From positions 620,001 to 684,000 of the forward strand of contig NIVC01000067.1 of NCBI GenBank assembly GCA_002269645.1: a stretch of 64,000 nt of DNA. Reading direction: 5' to 3'. The stretch comes from Macrostomum lignano. Its lineage: Eukaryota. The notes beneath the pieces were generated by a model. It was not told the origin of the DNA. It saw only the letters and a list, made by a program, of their open reading frames with translations, and did not search any database. Both the position numbers and the translations under genes were made by a program. Below, in pieces: positions 13,264-25,110 of the stretch. Each line of letters starts with the position of its first letter. Position 1 is the stretch's first letter.

Positions 13264-14140
13264 AAAGCAGTAAATAGTTGTACAATTGTACAAGCCCGTA
13301 AACTAATGGGCCTTTAAAACTTGCTATATTACGGGGTGCTGGCTATTTTTCTACATTCAAACAGTTCTTGACAGCGGGTCTCAGTCGCTAAAGACCGTAG
13401 AATTAAGCCGCGCAAACGTTTCAAAAGGTTTTGCACTAAACGCAATATTGGCTATTTCTATTGCACCTGGATATTTTCATGAACGCTCAATCGCTTTGTG
13501 CTTGCCCGTACCGCATGGCTACATTACTATACTGTTCCGTATTTGCTCGCGTCAATTTATTGCCAACTGCTGCACAATAGAGTGTCGCTGCAGCGCCCTA
13601 AAAGTTCATTTATTTTTACTCTAAAAGAAATATAGCCAAAATGCAGACTGGTCCGCACGGATTTGCCTTTGTTCTACTCAAATATTGTCACCTGTGACAA
13701 CTCTGCTGCACTGTTTTTGTTTCACTGGCAAAGAAATTTTGTTTTAAATAACGATAATTATTTTAACTTTACACGAAAAAAGGGTATACAAACAAAGAAT
13801 TGTGATCAGGTTGTCTCATCCTGTCCGATATTACATCGTATTGTGCCACCGTTCTGCTTTCGCAGGTGTAAATAATTAGTAAATTTACCAGAGCCCAAGC
13901 CTATATATGAGCCTATGAGAGAGGTTGCTGCTTGCATCCTTATTTGTGCTGTCTATGGCCAAATCAACTTGCTTGCCCTTTTCCGAGCCTTTGAAGTATT
14001 GCTCTTGAAGCATACAACATTTTTGCTATAACACTGGATTCAGATTGCTTGCTTGTTGTCAGTCCGTTCTAACTCGCGTACGCTATAATCGTCTCTTTGA
14101 GCATAGTTATTAGGCCAGGCAATAATTAGCGCTAGACGAA

Positions 14141-15290
14141 ATGTCAGTCAGCAACGCTACTAACGGCACCGAAATTCAGCTAAAATTGGAATACGAGAAC
14201 GATATACTCATCCAGCTGCTGTACAATACGCTCAGCTGCTTGACTATACTGTCCGTCTGCATGCTGGCGTTGATTCTGTACGATTACGAAGTCAGGTAAG
14301 GACGAGCTGGAGGCAATCTATTACTGCAGCTATGAGCATTGGCTTCTGGGCAGAGGCTTGCGCAAGTATCTCGTAGATAAATGCAAGGCATGTGAGGTGT
14401 CGCAGCGCCAATATGCATGGGCTGAAGTGCCAACGAGATGTTGTGAGCAGCGCAAAGAAGGTTTCAAGGGGCGCCAAGTTGTGTGCCGTGAGGGGGGCAT
14501 GTTGGGTGCAGGTGGGCAAGAATTGGGTGCAGGTGGGCAAGTTGGGTGCAGGTGGGCAAGTTGGGTGCAGGTGGGCAAGAATTGGGTGCAGGTGGGCAAG
14601 AATTGGGTGCAGGTGGGCAAGTTGGGTGCAGGTGAACAAGTTAGGGGCAGGTGGGCAAGTTGGGTGCAGGTGAACAAGTTAGGGGCAGGTGGGCAAGTTG
14701 GGTGCAGGTGAACAAGTTAGGGGCAGGTGGGCAAGTTGGGTGCAGGTGAACAAGTTAGGGGCAGGTGGGCAAGTTGGGTGCAGGTGAACAAGTTAGGGGC
14801 AGGTGGGCAAGTTGGGTGCAGGTGAACAAGTTAGGGGTAGGTGGGCAAGTTGGGTGCAGGTGAACAAGTTAGGGGCAGGTGGGCAAGTTGGGTGCAGGTG
14901 AACAAGTTAGGGGCAGGTGGGCAAGTTGGGTGCATGTGAACAAGTATGTAGTTCCGTCTGCAGTGCCAAAATGGATTTCTACTAGCCTAATAAACAGGCG
15001 TGCGAACAAAACACAAACTAAGTATTCACGCCGGCATGCCGCACATCAGGTACCAGCTGGTGTCAATCGGCATCCTGCCAGTGATCCAAAGTCTGGAGTT
15101 CCACATGAACCTGCTGTTCTCATTGAATTTCGCCGCTCTGCGCGACTCCCTAAGACACGGAGACTGGACGCACATGCGCGTGGAGGACAATCTGCACTGG
15201 CGGCGCCGGTTCGAGGTGGGCAGCATGGTGCGCCAGGCTGTGCAAGAGCTGCAGCTGCCCGACAGTGTCGCCACTGCGACCGCGAAATAA
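14141..15290 (+). CDS. Putative 2-exon 131-aa single-pass membrane protein (exons 14141-14295, 15050-15290)
   Basis: ATG 14141 reads MSVSNATNGT (two N-glycosylation sequons) then a hydrophobic stretch LIQLLYNTLSCLTILSVCMLALILY. Donor AG|GTAAGG and acceptor CATCAG|G are phase-compatible. Exon 2 has GC3-rich codons and ends in TAA. No homolog recognised. Confidence 0.55.
14500..14940. repeat. Intronic minisatellite, 19-bp subunits (GGGTGCAGGTGGGCAAGTT and variants) forming a ~38-bp dimer
   Basis: Direct inspection. Confidence 0.95.
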
Positions 15291-15594
15291 CTGACTGAAG
15301 CCTCGGTGTCAGCGGCGAGATTACAGGTAAAGCATGTAAGAGACCACATGTAAAACTGAGAATTATCTGAGAGACTCGCAGGATCCCCAACCCGGGGTTT
15401 TCACCTAAAAGTGACCCGCGGTTTCGGTGATCGCTTCTACATGTGCGTGTTCAAAATTAATATTTGAACTTGCGATAGGCCAGTACTTGTTTCTATTAGT
15501 AGGTTATATAGCTACTCATTGTCTTATAGCTGGTCTTATCCTAATCCCTGTGGACACGCACTGTCGAAGTTTTGCGCATTCTTGTTATTGCTAA

Positions 15595-16117
15595 CTAGAG
15601 ATTCAGTCAAGCACATCCCGTACGTCACAGCACATCAGTAGAGCAAGTATGTATTCAGTCAAGCACATCGCGTACGTCACAGCACATCAGAAGAGCAAGT
15701 ATGTATTCAGTCAAGCACATCGCGTACGTCACAGCACATCAGTAGAGCAAGTATGTATTCAGTCAAGCACATCCCGTACGTCACAGCACATCAGTAGAGC
15801 AAGTATGTATTCAGTCAAGCACATCCCGTACGTCACAGCACATCAGTAGAGCAAGTATGTATTCAGTCAAGCACATCGCGTACGTCACAGCACATCAGTA
15901 GAGCAAGTATGTATTCAGTCAAGCACATCCCGTACGTCACAGCACATCAGAAGAGCAAGTATGTATTCAGTCAAGCACATCGCGTACGTCACAGCACATC
16001 AGTAGAGCAAGTATGTATTCAGTCAAGCACATCCCGTACGTCACAGCACATCAGTAGAGCAAGTATGTATTCAGTCAAGCACATCCCGTACGTCACAGCA
16101 CATCAGTAGAGCAAGTA
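15595..16117. repeat. 52-bp minisatellite, about 10 copies
   Basis: Unit GTATTCAGTCAAGCACATCCCGTACGTCACAGCACATCAGTAGAGCAAGTAT. Confidence 0.95.
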
Positions 16118-17099
16118 TAGTACACTTGTAATTCAAAAAACGTGCAAAACTATCCGAAGGTGGGTTTATGCTGCAAAATACACTGGCAAGATAGAAAGTT
16201 TTCAGTTTTTTTAGCAATTACATCGACAATATCTCACCTTCTAAATTTACAAATTCCAAATTAAACACGTGTGTGTGTGTGTGTGTGTTTCGTTTGAAGT
16301 GCACTCACAAGGTCAGGCAAACAAGCAAGCACAGTTTCAAATTTCAGCTGTCCCTATTTTCTGTACTTTAGCAGCTTGCGGAAAAACGAAGTAAGTTGCA
16401 AGCGAGAAAAGTAAAAGTTTATTAGCTTTACGCGTCAGATATAAATAAGCACGCGATCACATGGGGAGGTGCGCCAAAAAGGTGGCACGAACCCCCTCCC
16501 CCCCGACTTAGCATATTGACTGTCTGTCCGAGTACACCCACCCCCAGCTTGGCGGGCAGGGGGTTTCCGTGCAGATGTACTCGCAATCGCTGGCTGCGTG
16601 CTGATTGGACCGCCACAGTACTGTATTTTTTCCAGCGCAGATTTTTCTCGGCCGAAATTGTCTATGGCGAAACCCCCATTCAGCGCTGTGCAACTGTATA
16701 CTCTGAGCGTTGCCTTGTGAGTGCACCTGGGAGGAAGCACATAAATGTACTTGCTTTATTTGGAAATGAGAAGTCCAGAAATTGAGCTATTGTGAATTTA
16801 GTGCTAAAGAAAATGCTCCTAGAGGGTCGAATGTATCTGGCAAAAAATAAAAAAACGAGATTAAACCATAGCAATCTTGCCTGCTTGTTGATTCTGGTTT
16901 ATTAGTTCATCTGTTGCCCATTTTAATGGGCCAGTCGTTAGCATTGAATTGAAATAAACGTCTGGAAATTTGTCCTTTTATTTAAGGCCGCCTCAGATAA
17001 ATGCGCTATCTACACAACTGTTGACTTTTTTGTGGTAAAATTAAACTCCTACATTGATTTTATGTATAGTTTATCGATTGGTGAGGATCTGGGGTGGGG

Positions 17100-17505
17100 T
17101 GGAACTGATGAACATCCAGGAGCTGGGATGGTATTGATGAACATCCAGGATCTGGGATAGCATTGATGAACATCCAGGATCTAGGATGGTATTTATGAGC
17201 ATCCAGGATCTGGGATGTTATTTATGAGCATCCAGGATCTGGGATGTTACTGATGAACATCCAGGAGCTGGGATGGTACTGATGAACAACCAGGAGCTGG
17301 GATGGTACTGATAAACATCCAGGATCTGGGATGGTACTGATAAACATCCAGGAGCTGGGATGGTACTGATGAACATCCAGGAGCTGGGATGGTACTGATA
17401 AACATCCAGGAGCTGGGATGGTACTGATAAACATCCAGGAGCTGGGATGGTACTGATAAACATCCAGGATCTGGGATGGTACTGATGAACATCCAGGATC
17501 TGATC
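17100..17505. repeat. 29-bp minisatellite, about 14 copies
   Basis: Unit CATCCAGGAGCTGGGATGGTACTGATGAA. Confidence 0.95.
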
Positions 17506-18449
17506 AGAGAGCCTACTATACAAAAATTATATGAAAGGGCAGAAACACATTGGGGCTGGAATATCAATATCAATAAAGAAGTAAGTCAGGGAAGTAACAA
17601 AGCATATAAATTTGAATTGTCAGTATCAATATTTTAAGAAAATGTGTCACTCTTTCAGCGCCAGACAAAAACTGACAGTTACAGCGGAATAAATGATAAC
17701 ACAAGAAATGATTTTAGCGCGAAGACAAATGTAGTCAAATTGAGTCGGACTGCAACAGATCACTGTCACAGTATCGGGGTTCCGAAAATGTCATCAATAT
17801 AATTGGATTTTAATGGTTCAAAGCAGAAATTAGAGTTTAGAAAAAGACCATATGAAATTGGCACTACGAGTGCTACTCGTAATAACAATATCCACCCCAC
17901 TCAGATTGATAAGTCCATGGCTTTGAGGCGTGAGCCACGAACAGGCAGTGTGTACGCACACGCCTGTCAATGAGAGTCAGGGCCGCTGTACACTAGCTCG
18001 TATAATGTGGGCTGACCATATTTTAGGCTGAGCTAAAAACTGTCGCTGCTTTTTCTCCTAGTGTCGACAGGTAAACTGAATAATAAAGTTCTACACATTG
18101 CATAATAACTTCACTTTTTTAGTTAACAGCTTTAATTGAATGGAAGAGCGAATGAGTGCACGTGCACTTTAACAGAATTGCGATCGACTTCGCAGACAAA
18201 AATAATTTGGCAATGGCGTAATCAGGTGTGTTTTTAGGAACCGGACAGTTGAGCAAATACCGCAAATACTAAAATAACTAGATGTGTCACTCGCAATTAA
18301 GTTGTAGAGCGTAGAGCGTCTTCTCTGCTTTCAGAGAAAAACAATGAGGCAGCCAAAATAGCCTTTCCTTAATCGGGGTTTGAGGCTTCATGAGCATATG
18401 AGGTTAGAAATTAACAACAAGCATTTAACTCGATGTACACAAGTGAACG

Positions 18450-18875
18450 CAGGACGGACGAAACTCAGCCTAGGGGATAGGCCCAATCTAGTTCAGCCAA
18501 TGAGAGAGCAGTAAGGAGAGAGGACAAAGTTGGACGTACAAAACTCAGCCTAGGGGCAGGCCCAATCTGGCTCAGCCAATGAGAGAGCAGTAAGGAGAGA
18601 GGTCAAATTCAGACACAGGAGGGCAAGAGGAAAGCCAAACTTTTTATCGGTTTGGCTGGGGGCTGGGGCGCCACCCCTTTTCTCTCTTACTCTCTATGCA
18701 CTGAAGGATTTGGTTTGCAGGTGTCTAGGACAGGCTATTTCAGACAGAGGTGTTTGGGTCAGGTTATTTTGGACAGGTGTCTAGGACAGATTATTACGGA
18801 CAGGTGCCTAGGACAGGTTATTTCTGACACGTGTCTAGGACAGGTTATTTTAGATAGAGATGTCTAGGACAAGTT
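18450..18875. repeat. ~85-bp direct duplication (18450-18610) plus ~29-bp degenerate tandem repeat (18715-18875)
   Basis: AAACTCAGCCTAGGGG..CAGCCAATGAGAGAGCAGTAAGGAGAGAGG occurs twice; GTGTCTAGGACAGGTTATTT-type units occur about 5 times. Confidence 0.85.
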
Positions 18876-19228
18876 ATTTCGGGTCCTATAGCGCATTTTT
18901 GCGAGTTAAATTATCTTGTTACCTTAATATTTGCGGGAAAGCGGCAATAGAGGAAGAGCAATTCCTGTATCTAGCAGCATAAAAGCGTGGAGACACGTGC
19001 ACACGTAATCGTAAAAAATATCTAATAGGTCGTACAAAACAGAGCTAAACTTTCAAGGCACCAAAATCTGTCAATAAAAAATTTACATAATTTACATTCA
19101 AACTGTTTTTACGCACGAGTATTCCAAATAAAGTGTTGCCAATTTGCTATCATACCTCGGACTTCCTAATCACTCAGAACGGGAACTTGAGCGTCATGGT
19201 AGAAAGTACATGCATGACGCTCATTTAA

Positions 19229-19312
19229 AAGCATTGTCTATGGCCAAAGCCTAATACAAATATAAAGGGAAGTAAATGGAGTTTGTATAAGGCTTGGCCA
19301 TAGACAATGCTT
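19229..19312. mobile_element. 84-bp hairpin MITE flanked by TTAA
   Basis: Near-perfect arms AAGCATTGTCTATGGCCAAAGCCTAATACAAA and its reverse complement; TTAA at 19225-19228 and 19313-19316. Confidence 0.65.
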
Positions 19313-19807
19313 TTAAACGAGCCTCGTACTTTTTCCTGTCCTTGAATTGAATTTGTGCCAGCAAGTCAAGCAGACGGCTGTCTATGGTCAAAAATCAAAT
19401 GCCAGGGAAGCGGCATTTTTTGGCTACAGCTACAAGGTTGGCATTTTATCATATGCTCGGCATTCTTTGTACTAACTTGTCAATCGCAATATTCGTATGC
19501 ACAAAAAAACGTTTAACACGCGTAATAAATCTTTTAGGCTCTAGATATTTTTATAGAATACAGTAAATTTAAACAGACTACTCCCCGCTCAAATAAGCAT
19601 GTACATCAAATTGCAAGGAGCATTATACCAAAAAGCAGAATACGTATTAATGCATTAAGGCTCCTAAATCATTCTCAACAATAGAATTTGACTCGATCTA
19701 ATTCTGTAACAGGATCGTACTATTCTAAGCCAGGCAAACAAGCTAAGAAAATCTAACTGTCAATAAGGATTGCTCACTTCACTATTGTACCAGCCAGTGG
19801 TCTTTGA

Positions 19808-22800
19808 TCACACCGAGTAGAGGCACAACCGTTGCGGCGCACTTTTAGTAAAGCTTGGCGGACTGAATGGGCTGAGCCAGCGCCATGAGATTGGCTGGCC
19901 AAACACTCCCTCTAATAGGGACATGCGCGATTGACGTTTCCAGGAATGGCGCTCGCGTTTCAGCGTCTCGATGCCCTGCGGCCGGAGGTTCCGGGTTTGA
20001 TTTTGGGCGATTGTTAAAGGCGGTCTGGTTGCGACTTTATGGGTAGTCCAATGGCAAATTCATGGGTAGTTCAAGGGCGATTTATGTGCAGCTCAAGTGC
20101 GATTTCTGTGTACCGGTAGCTCAAGGGCGATTTCTGTTTACCGGTAGTTCAAGGGCGATTTCTGTGTACCGGTAGCTCAAGGGCGATTTCTGTGTACCGG
20201 TAGCTCAAGGGCGATTTCTGTGTACCGGTAGTTAAAGGGCGATTTCTGTGTACCGGTAGTTAAAGGGCGATTTCTGTGTACCGGTAGTTCAAGGGCGATT
20301 TCTGTGCAGTTCAGGGGCGATTTCTGTGCAGTTCAGGGGCGATTTATGTGCAGTTCAGGGGCGATTTAGGTGCAGTTCAAGGGCGATTTTTATGCAGTTC
20401 AAGAGCGATTTTTATCGGTAGTTGAGAAGTGATTGAAAAAAATATTTAGAGGTAGTTTAAAACAAATTTAGGGGTAGTTTAGTGTCATTAATGAGCGATA
20501 ACTGGGACAGGACAAGGGTGCATTATAGTTGCTAAGGGGAGCTGACTAGCAATTTTAGTGACATATTTAGAAGCGATTCTAAAGACACTTTATTAAGTTT
20601 CGTTACGGACGAGCGGACGAACTCAAAATCACAGTATAACAAGATCACAGTAAAAATGCTCATAAATTCACTCACAGTCTGATCCTTTAAAATGCTGTGA
20701 ATCTGGTCGCCAAACATGATAGCAGTGAACAGGCCGAACATGATGCTCTCGAATATCAGCAGCACCAGCAGGACTATTGGCAGCGGCTGAGTCAGGGTCG
20801 GACGGCATACTGCAGTGGTGTTAATGAAGTGTCGCAATGGCTTTCAGTACACGACATATTACTACCGACTGCACATTTGAAAGCGGCCAGTTACTCACTG
20901 TCCCAGTCCGAGCACTTCACAAAATGGTGAACGGTCATGAAGATGGCAAAGCAGCTGACAGCGCAGATGTACAGCTGTGGGGGTGGCCAAGTTAGTGTTG
21001 ATTGATTCAAGTTATATAGTTCAGCGTCGGGATCATGAAAAACAAGGATCGGGATTCTGGGATTTGGGATCCGGATTTTGGAATTTGGGATCGGGATTCT
21101 GAGATCGGGATTCTGGGATCGGGATTCTGGGATTTAGGATCGGGATTCTGAGAGTTGGGATCGGGATTCTGTGAGTTGGGATCGGGATTCTGTGAGTTGG
21201 GATCGGGATTCTGTGAGTTGGGATCGGGATTCTGTGAGTTGGGACCGGGATTCTGTGAGTTGGGATCGGGATTCTATGCTTTAAAATTCGGATTCTATGA
21301 TTTCGGATCAGGATTCTGGGATTCTGGGATTTGGGATCGGGATTCTGGGATTTAGGATTGGGATTCTGGGATTTGGGATCGGGATTCTGGGATTTAGGAT
21401 TGGGATTCTGGGATTTAGGATTAGGATTCTGGGATTTAGGATTGGGATTCTGGAATTCCGGTTCGGGATTCGGCGCTTTATAATCTGGATTATATGATTT
21501 GGGATGGGGATTCTGGGATTTTGGATCGGGATTCTGGAAATTGGGATCGGGATTCTAGGATTCGAGGATTCAGGAATGGGATTCTGGGATTCAGAAATGG
21601 AATTCTGGTATTCAGGATAAGATAGGATATCCTGAATACCTAAGATAGGATATAGGATTTGGGATCGGGATTATGGGGTTTTGGATCGGGATTCTGGGAT
21701 TTGGAATCGGGATTCTTGGATTTAGGATTGGGTTTCTGGGATTCATTAATGGGATTCTAGGATTTAAGGGTCGCAGGATAATGCCAACTGAATTTGTGAT
21801 TTCAAATTCGACAATTTAACAGTTCACGGAACAGAAAATGAACTTTTAATAATGGATGATTGACAATTGACATCAAATACCAAATCGTGAAAATTCCTAA
21901 ATTAAAGCCAACACGAGATAACCAGATGTCAAGAGGACTCACGGTGAACAGCACGAAGTACTTCTGATTGCACTCCCCGACGCAGTTGTTCACCCACGGG
22001 CAGTGATGATCCATCTTGCGGATGCACCGCCGGCAGACGCTGCAGTGATGCGAGCGGTCGGGCTTGATACTGGAGCACTTGCCGCACTTGTACACAATGC
22101 GGTCGGCGCCCTCAGACCCGCAGCCCAGACTGCGGATGTTCTCCTCTGTGGCGTTGCCGAGCGGCACGGCGCCCTTGGGAGGATTTGGCAGACAAAATTC
22201 AATCTCAAACTGTGATTAGAGTGACAGCAGTTGAGATCCCAAACTGGGATTAGAGTGACAGCAGTTGAGATCCCAAACTGGGATTAGAGTGACAGCAGTT
22301 GAGATCCCAAACTGTGATTAGAGTAACAGCAGTTGAGATCCCAAACTGGGATTATAGTAACAGCAGTGAGATCCCAAACTGGGATTAGAGTGACAGCAGT
22401 TGAGATCCCAAACTGGGATTAGAGTGACAGCAGTTGAGATCCCAAACTGGGATTAGAGTGACAGCAGTTGAGATCCCAAACTGGGATTAGAGTGACAGCA
22501 GTTGAGATCCCAAACTGGGATTATAGTGACAGCAGTTGAGATCCCAAACTGGGATTAGAGTGACAGCAGTTGAGATCCCAAACTGGGATTATTAGAGTGA
22601 CAGCAGTTGAGATCCCAAACTGGGATTAGAGTGACAGCAGTTGAGATCCCAAACTGGGATTAGAGTGACAGCAGTTGAGATCCCAAACTGGGATTATTAG
22701 AGTGACAGCAGTTGAGATCCCAAACTGGGATTAGAGTGACAGCAGTTGAGATCCCAAACTGGGATTAGAGTGACAGCAGTTGAGATCCCAAACTGGGATT

Positions 22801-23455
22801 AGAGTGACAGCAGGAGTTGAGATATCAATTTGGGATCTGAGTGACAGTAATAACCATAGAAACCAGTCGTTTGAGAAAGGAAAAAACTATGGTTGGAATT
22901 AACGTTATGATTTGGACTGAAAATCGTGAGCTGAAAAGTGCAAACTGTTCAAGTGCATCAAACAGAACTCACGGGATCCGAGAACATTGCCTTGCAATGG
23001 GACCAGAATGACAGTCCGATCAGCGAGTGAAAAATGGCACCAGCGATCCAGTTGAAGACGGCGGACTCCGAGTTGGCCAGAATGACGGTGCACGCGACAT
23101 ACTCGGCGAACACCAGCAGCAGCCAGGTGAAGATGGCGCAGAAGATGCCGCAGACGTCCATCACCAGCCAGCAGCCGCGCGGCGGGAACTGCCTGACGCC
23201 GAAGAGGCCGCACAGCCAGTTGCAGCGGAAGACGGCCAGCTTCTTGGGCGGTTTGACGGGGTCCTGGCCGCGCCTGCCGGACACAGTCTTGACTACGATT
23301 TTTGCCACCTTTGGCGCCCCGGGGTACTGGCTAATGCCGCCGCTGCCGCTGGCACCCATGCTGACAGCAGACTGATCCACTCCATTGTCCTCCAGCGACA
23401 CTGCCACCATAGAGGAGCGCTCGGTTAGCTGACCACCACCCGGGAGGGCCATCAT
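19808..23455 (-). CDS. ZDHHC3: DHHC palmitoyl acyltransferase, ZDHHC3/7-like, ~363 aa (exons 22973-23455, 21943-22173, 20899-20974, 20676-20809, 19808-19975)
   Basis: Phase-consistent GT-AG splicing (four GTGAGT donors) gives SDP|GAVP, the [63 protein letters not shown]|GIE.LK and a C-terminal WLSPF. The start could also be 23410 or 23359. Confidence 0.95.
20065..20420. repeat. Intronic 21-28-bp minisatellite (ZDHHC intron 4)
   Basis: Unit CAAGGGCGATTTCTGTG(TACCGG)TAGTT. Confidence 0.9.
21045..21760. repeat. Intronic degenerate GGGATTCTGGGATTT-type repeat (ZDHHC intron 2)
   Basis: Direct inspection. Confidence 0.9.
22205..22815. repeat. Intronic 34-bp minisatellite, about 17 copies (ZDHHC intron 1)
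   Basis: Unit GGATTAGAGTGACAGCAGTTGAGATCCCAAACTG. Confidence 0.95.
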
Positions 23456-25110
23456 TGCTTGATGCTGCTGAAAATATCATTTGAGTAGGCTTTGAGGTAT
23501 CACTGCTCATATTACTCAAAGTAATATTACAGGGACTTTTTTGTTATGGCCTTAGCTTGATTGCAAATGCAGTCACTTTTAGTTGGGGCTCAAATGGAAG
23601 CTTAGCTTGAGTCTGCTCATGCAATAAATCCCCTTGAGGGCCAACCCCCATAGCATAGAAAGTATACATGCCTGAGAATTAGAAATTCAGGGCCACTGTT
23701 ATACTATATGTGAGTCGTCTATATGTGAATGTATATTTATCTATACACTTGTGTGCCTGCTCAGGGAGCTAGCAGAATGGGCAGTAATACCTCTTGCTAG
23801 TTGTGTGGCAAAGCTACTTAAACTGCGCTAGAAGGCATGCAGCCTCCCTGCCTTTAATAAAGAGGGTCTAGCAAAAGTTATATAGGCATAAACATAAATG
23901 ATTAAGATATAGCTTAGAAGTTAGATAAAATCAAAGTTTTGGTTTAAGTAGAATTGGGATTTTAATTTCTATTAGGATCTTGGGATTTTGAGATTATAGT
24001 AATGAAACCAGAATCCCCAGGCCTTATCTAATTACAAGGATATATAAAGGCTAAATAAGATCAATTTTTAGGATTGTAATCCCAGTTTTTCTAGGATTCG
24101 ATGATTTTAAGATTAGGAATATTCTTATGTCATCCCAGAGTCAAGAAGATGGCAAAGTATGTAATTGGAATAAACTTTGGAAGGCAATCTATATATTGCA
24201 TATTAGCTATATGCTATCTAGGCACTACTTTTTCTATACTTCTAATCCTAATCCTAGGCTATAGAAATTAATTTGTAGAAAAAAATATACCGAAATTAAA
24301 TATCCAAAAAGGTAAGTTAGATGAAAATACTTTGTTTTTGACAAATTCATATAGGCCTAATTCTTAGATTAGAATTCATACTGACTAGTCACTACACAAC
24401 AATTGTATGGTTTGATGCCAAAGATTCGGTGTGTACTAGAGTTGTGTCCCACATGAACCAGTTGTATAGCCAAAGACTTTGGCTTTCCAGTTGTAGTTGC
24501 AAAGTTAAAGTGCCAGGTGCGCTCAGTTGCTTTATTTAAAAGTGAAAGTACAGAACAAAACAAACCAACAAAAGTAATGGCATTAACAGTAGAGTACTGT
24601 ATTAATTTCTCTCTCATCTTTGACAGTCTCGTTCCGCCTCAGCTACTGTGCAAGTAAACTTCCTTAGATCTTAGGCTCTTCTTCTTCTTCGTAACACAAC
24701 TACAGTAGACAAACGTTGCGTTGTTAAAAATATCTAGAAATTTTCAAGTTAAATGTGTGCTTAGTGTATTTCTGCAGAAACGTATAGTTAAACGAAATAC
24801 AATATAAATTAAAAAACCATCAAGTACTGATTATTAGAAAGTTAAATATAGGAATAACAATATAAAAATCAATTGCTACAAATAATTTTAAAGATAAATT
24901 TTATTAGTCTTAGATTGTATATGATAATAAATTTAACACGTGCAAGTCTGAACACTAAATTAATATATGCAAACGTTCCGAAATCCAAACGTCTGCTTAC
25001 CACCAGACCGATAACAGGAATCAGTGATCAAGTCTAGTTTACTCTCAAGCCCAAGAAATATTTTAACTCACACTGTTTTAGTGTAACTGTGTGATTAAGC
25101 TATAAATATC
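23456..25110. promoter_or_regulatory. Candidate bidirectional promoter region between ZDHHC and APT1
   Basis: 1655 bp separate the two divergent ATGs. There is a local CpG cluster at about 24600-24730 in an otherwise CpG-poor region, and a minus-strand acceptor TTTTCAG ending at 23468 implies an upstream 5'UTR exon or trans-splicing. Confidence 0.45.

Noticed and set aside
15595-17505. 52-bp and 29-bp arrays as CRISPR
   Set aside because: Units are contiguous with no unique spacers, in eukaryotic context and with no cas genes.
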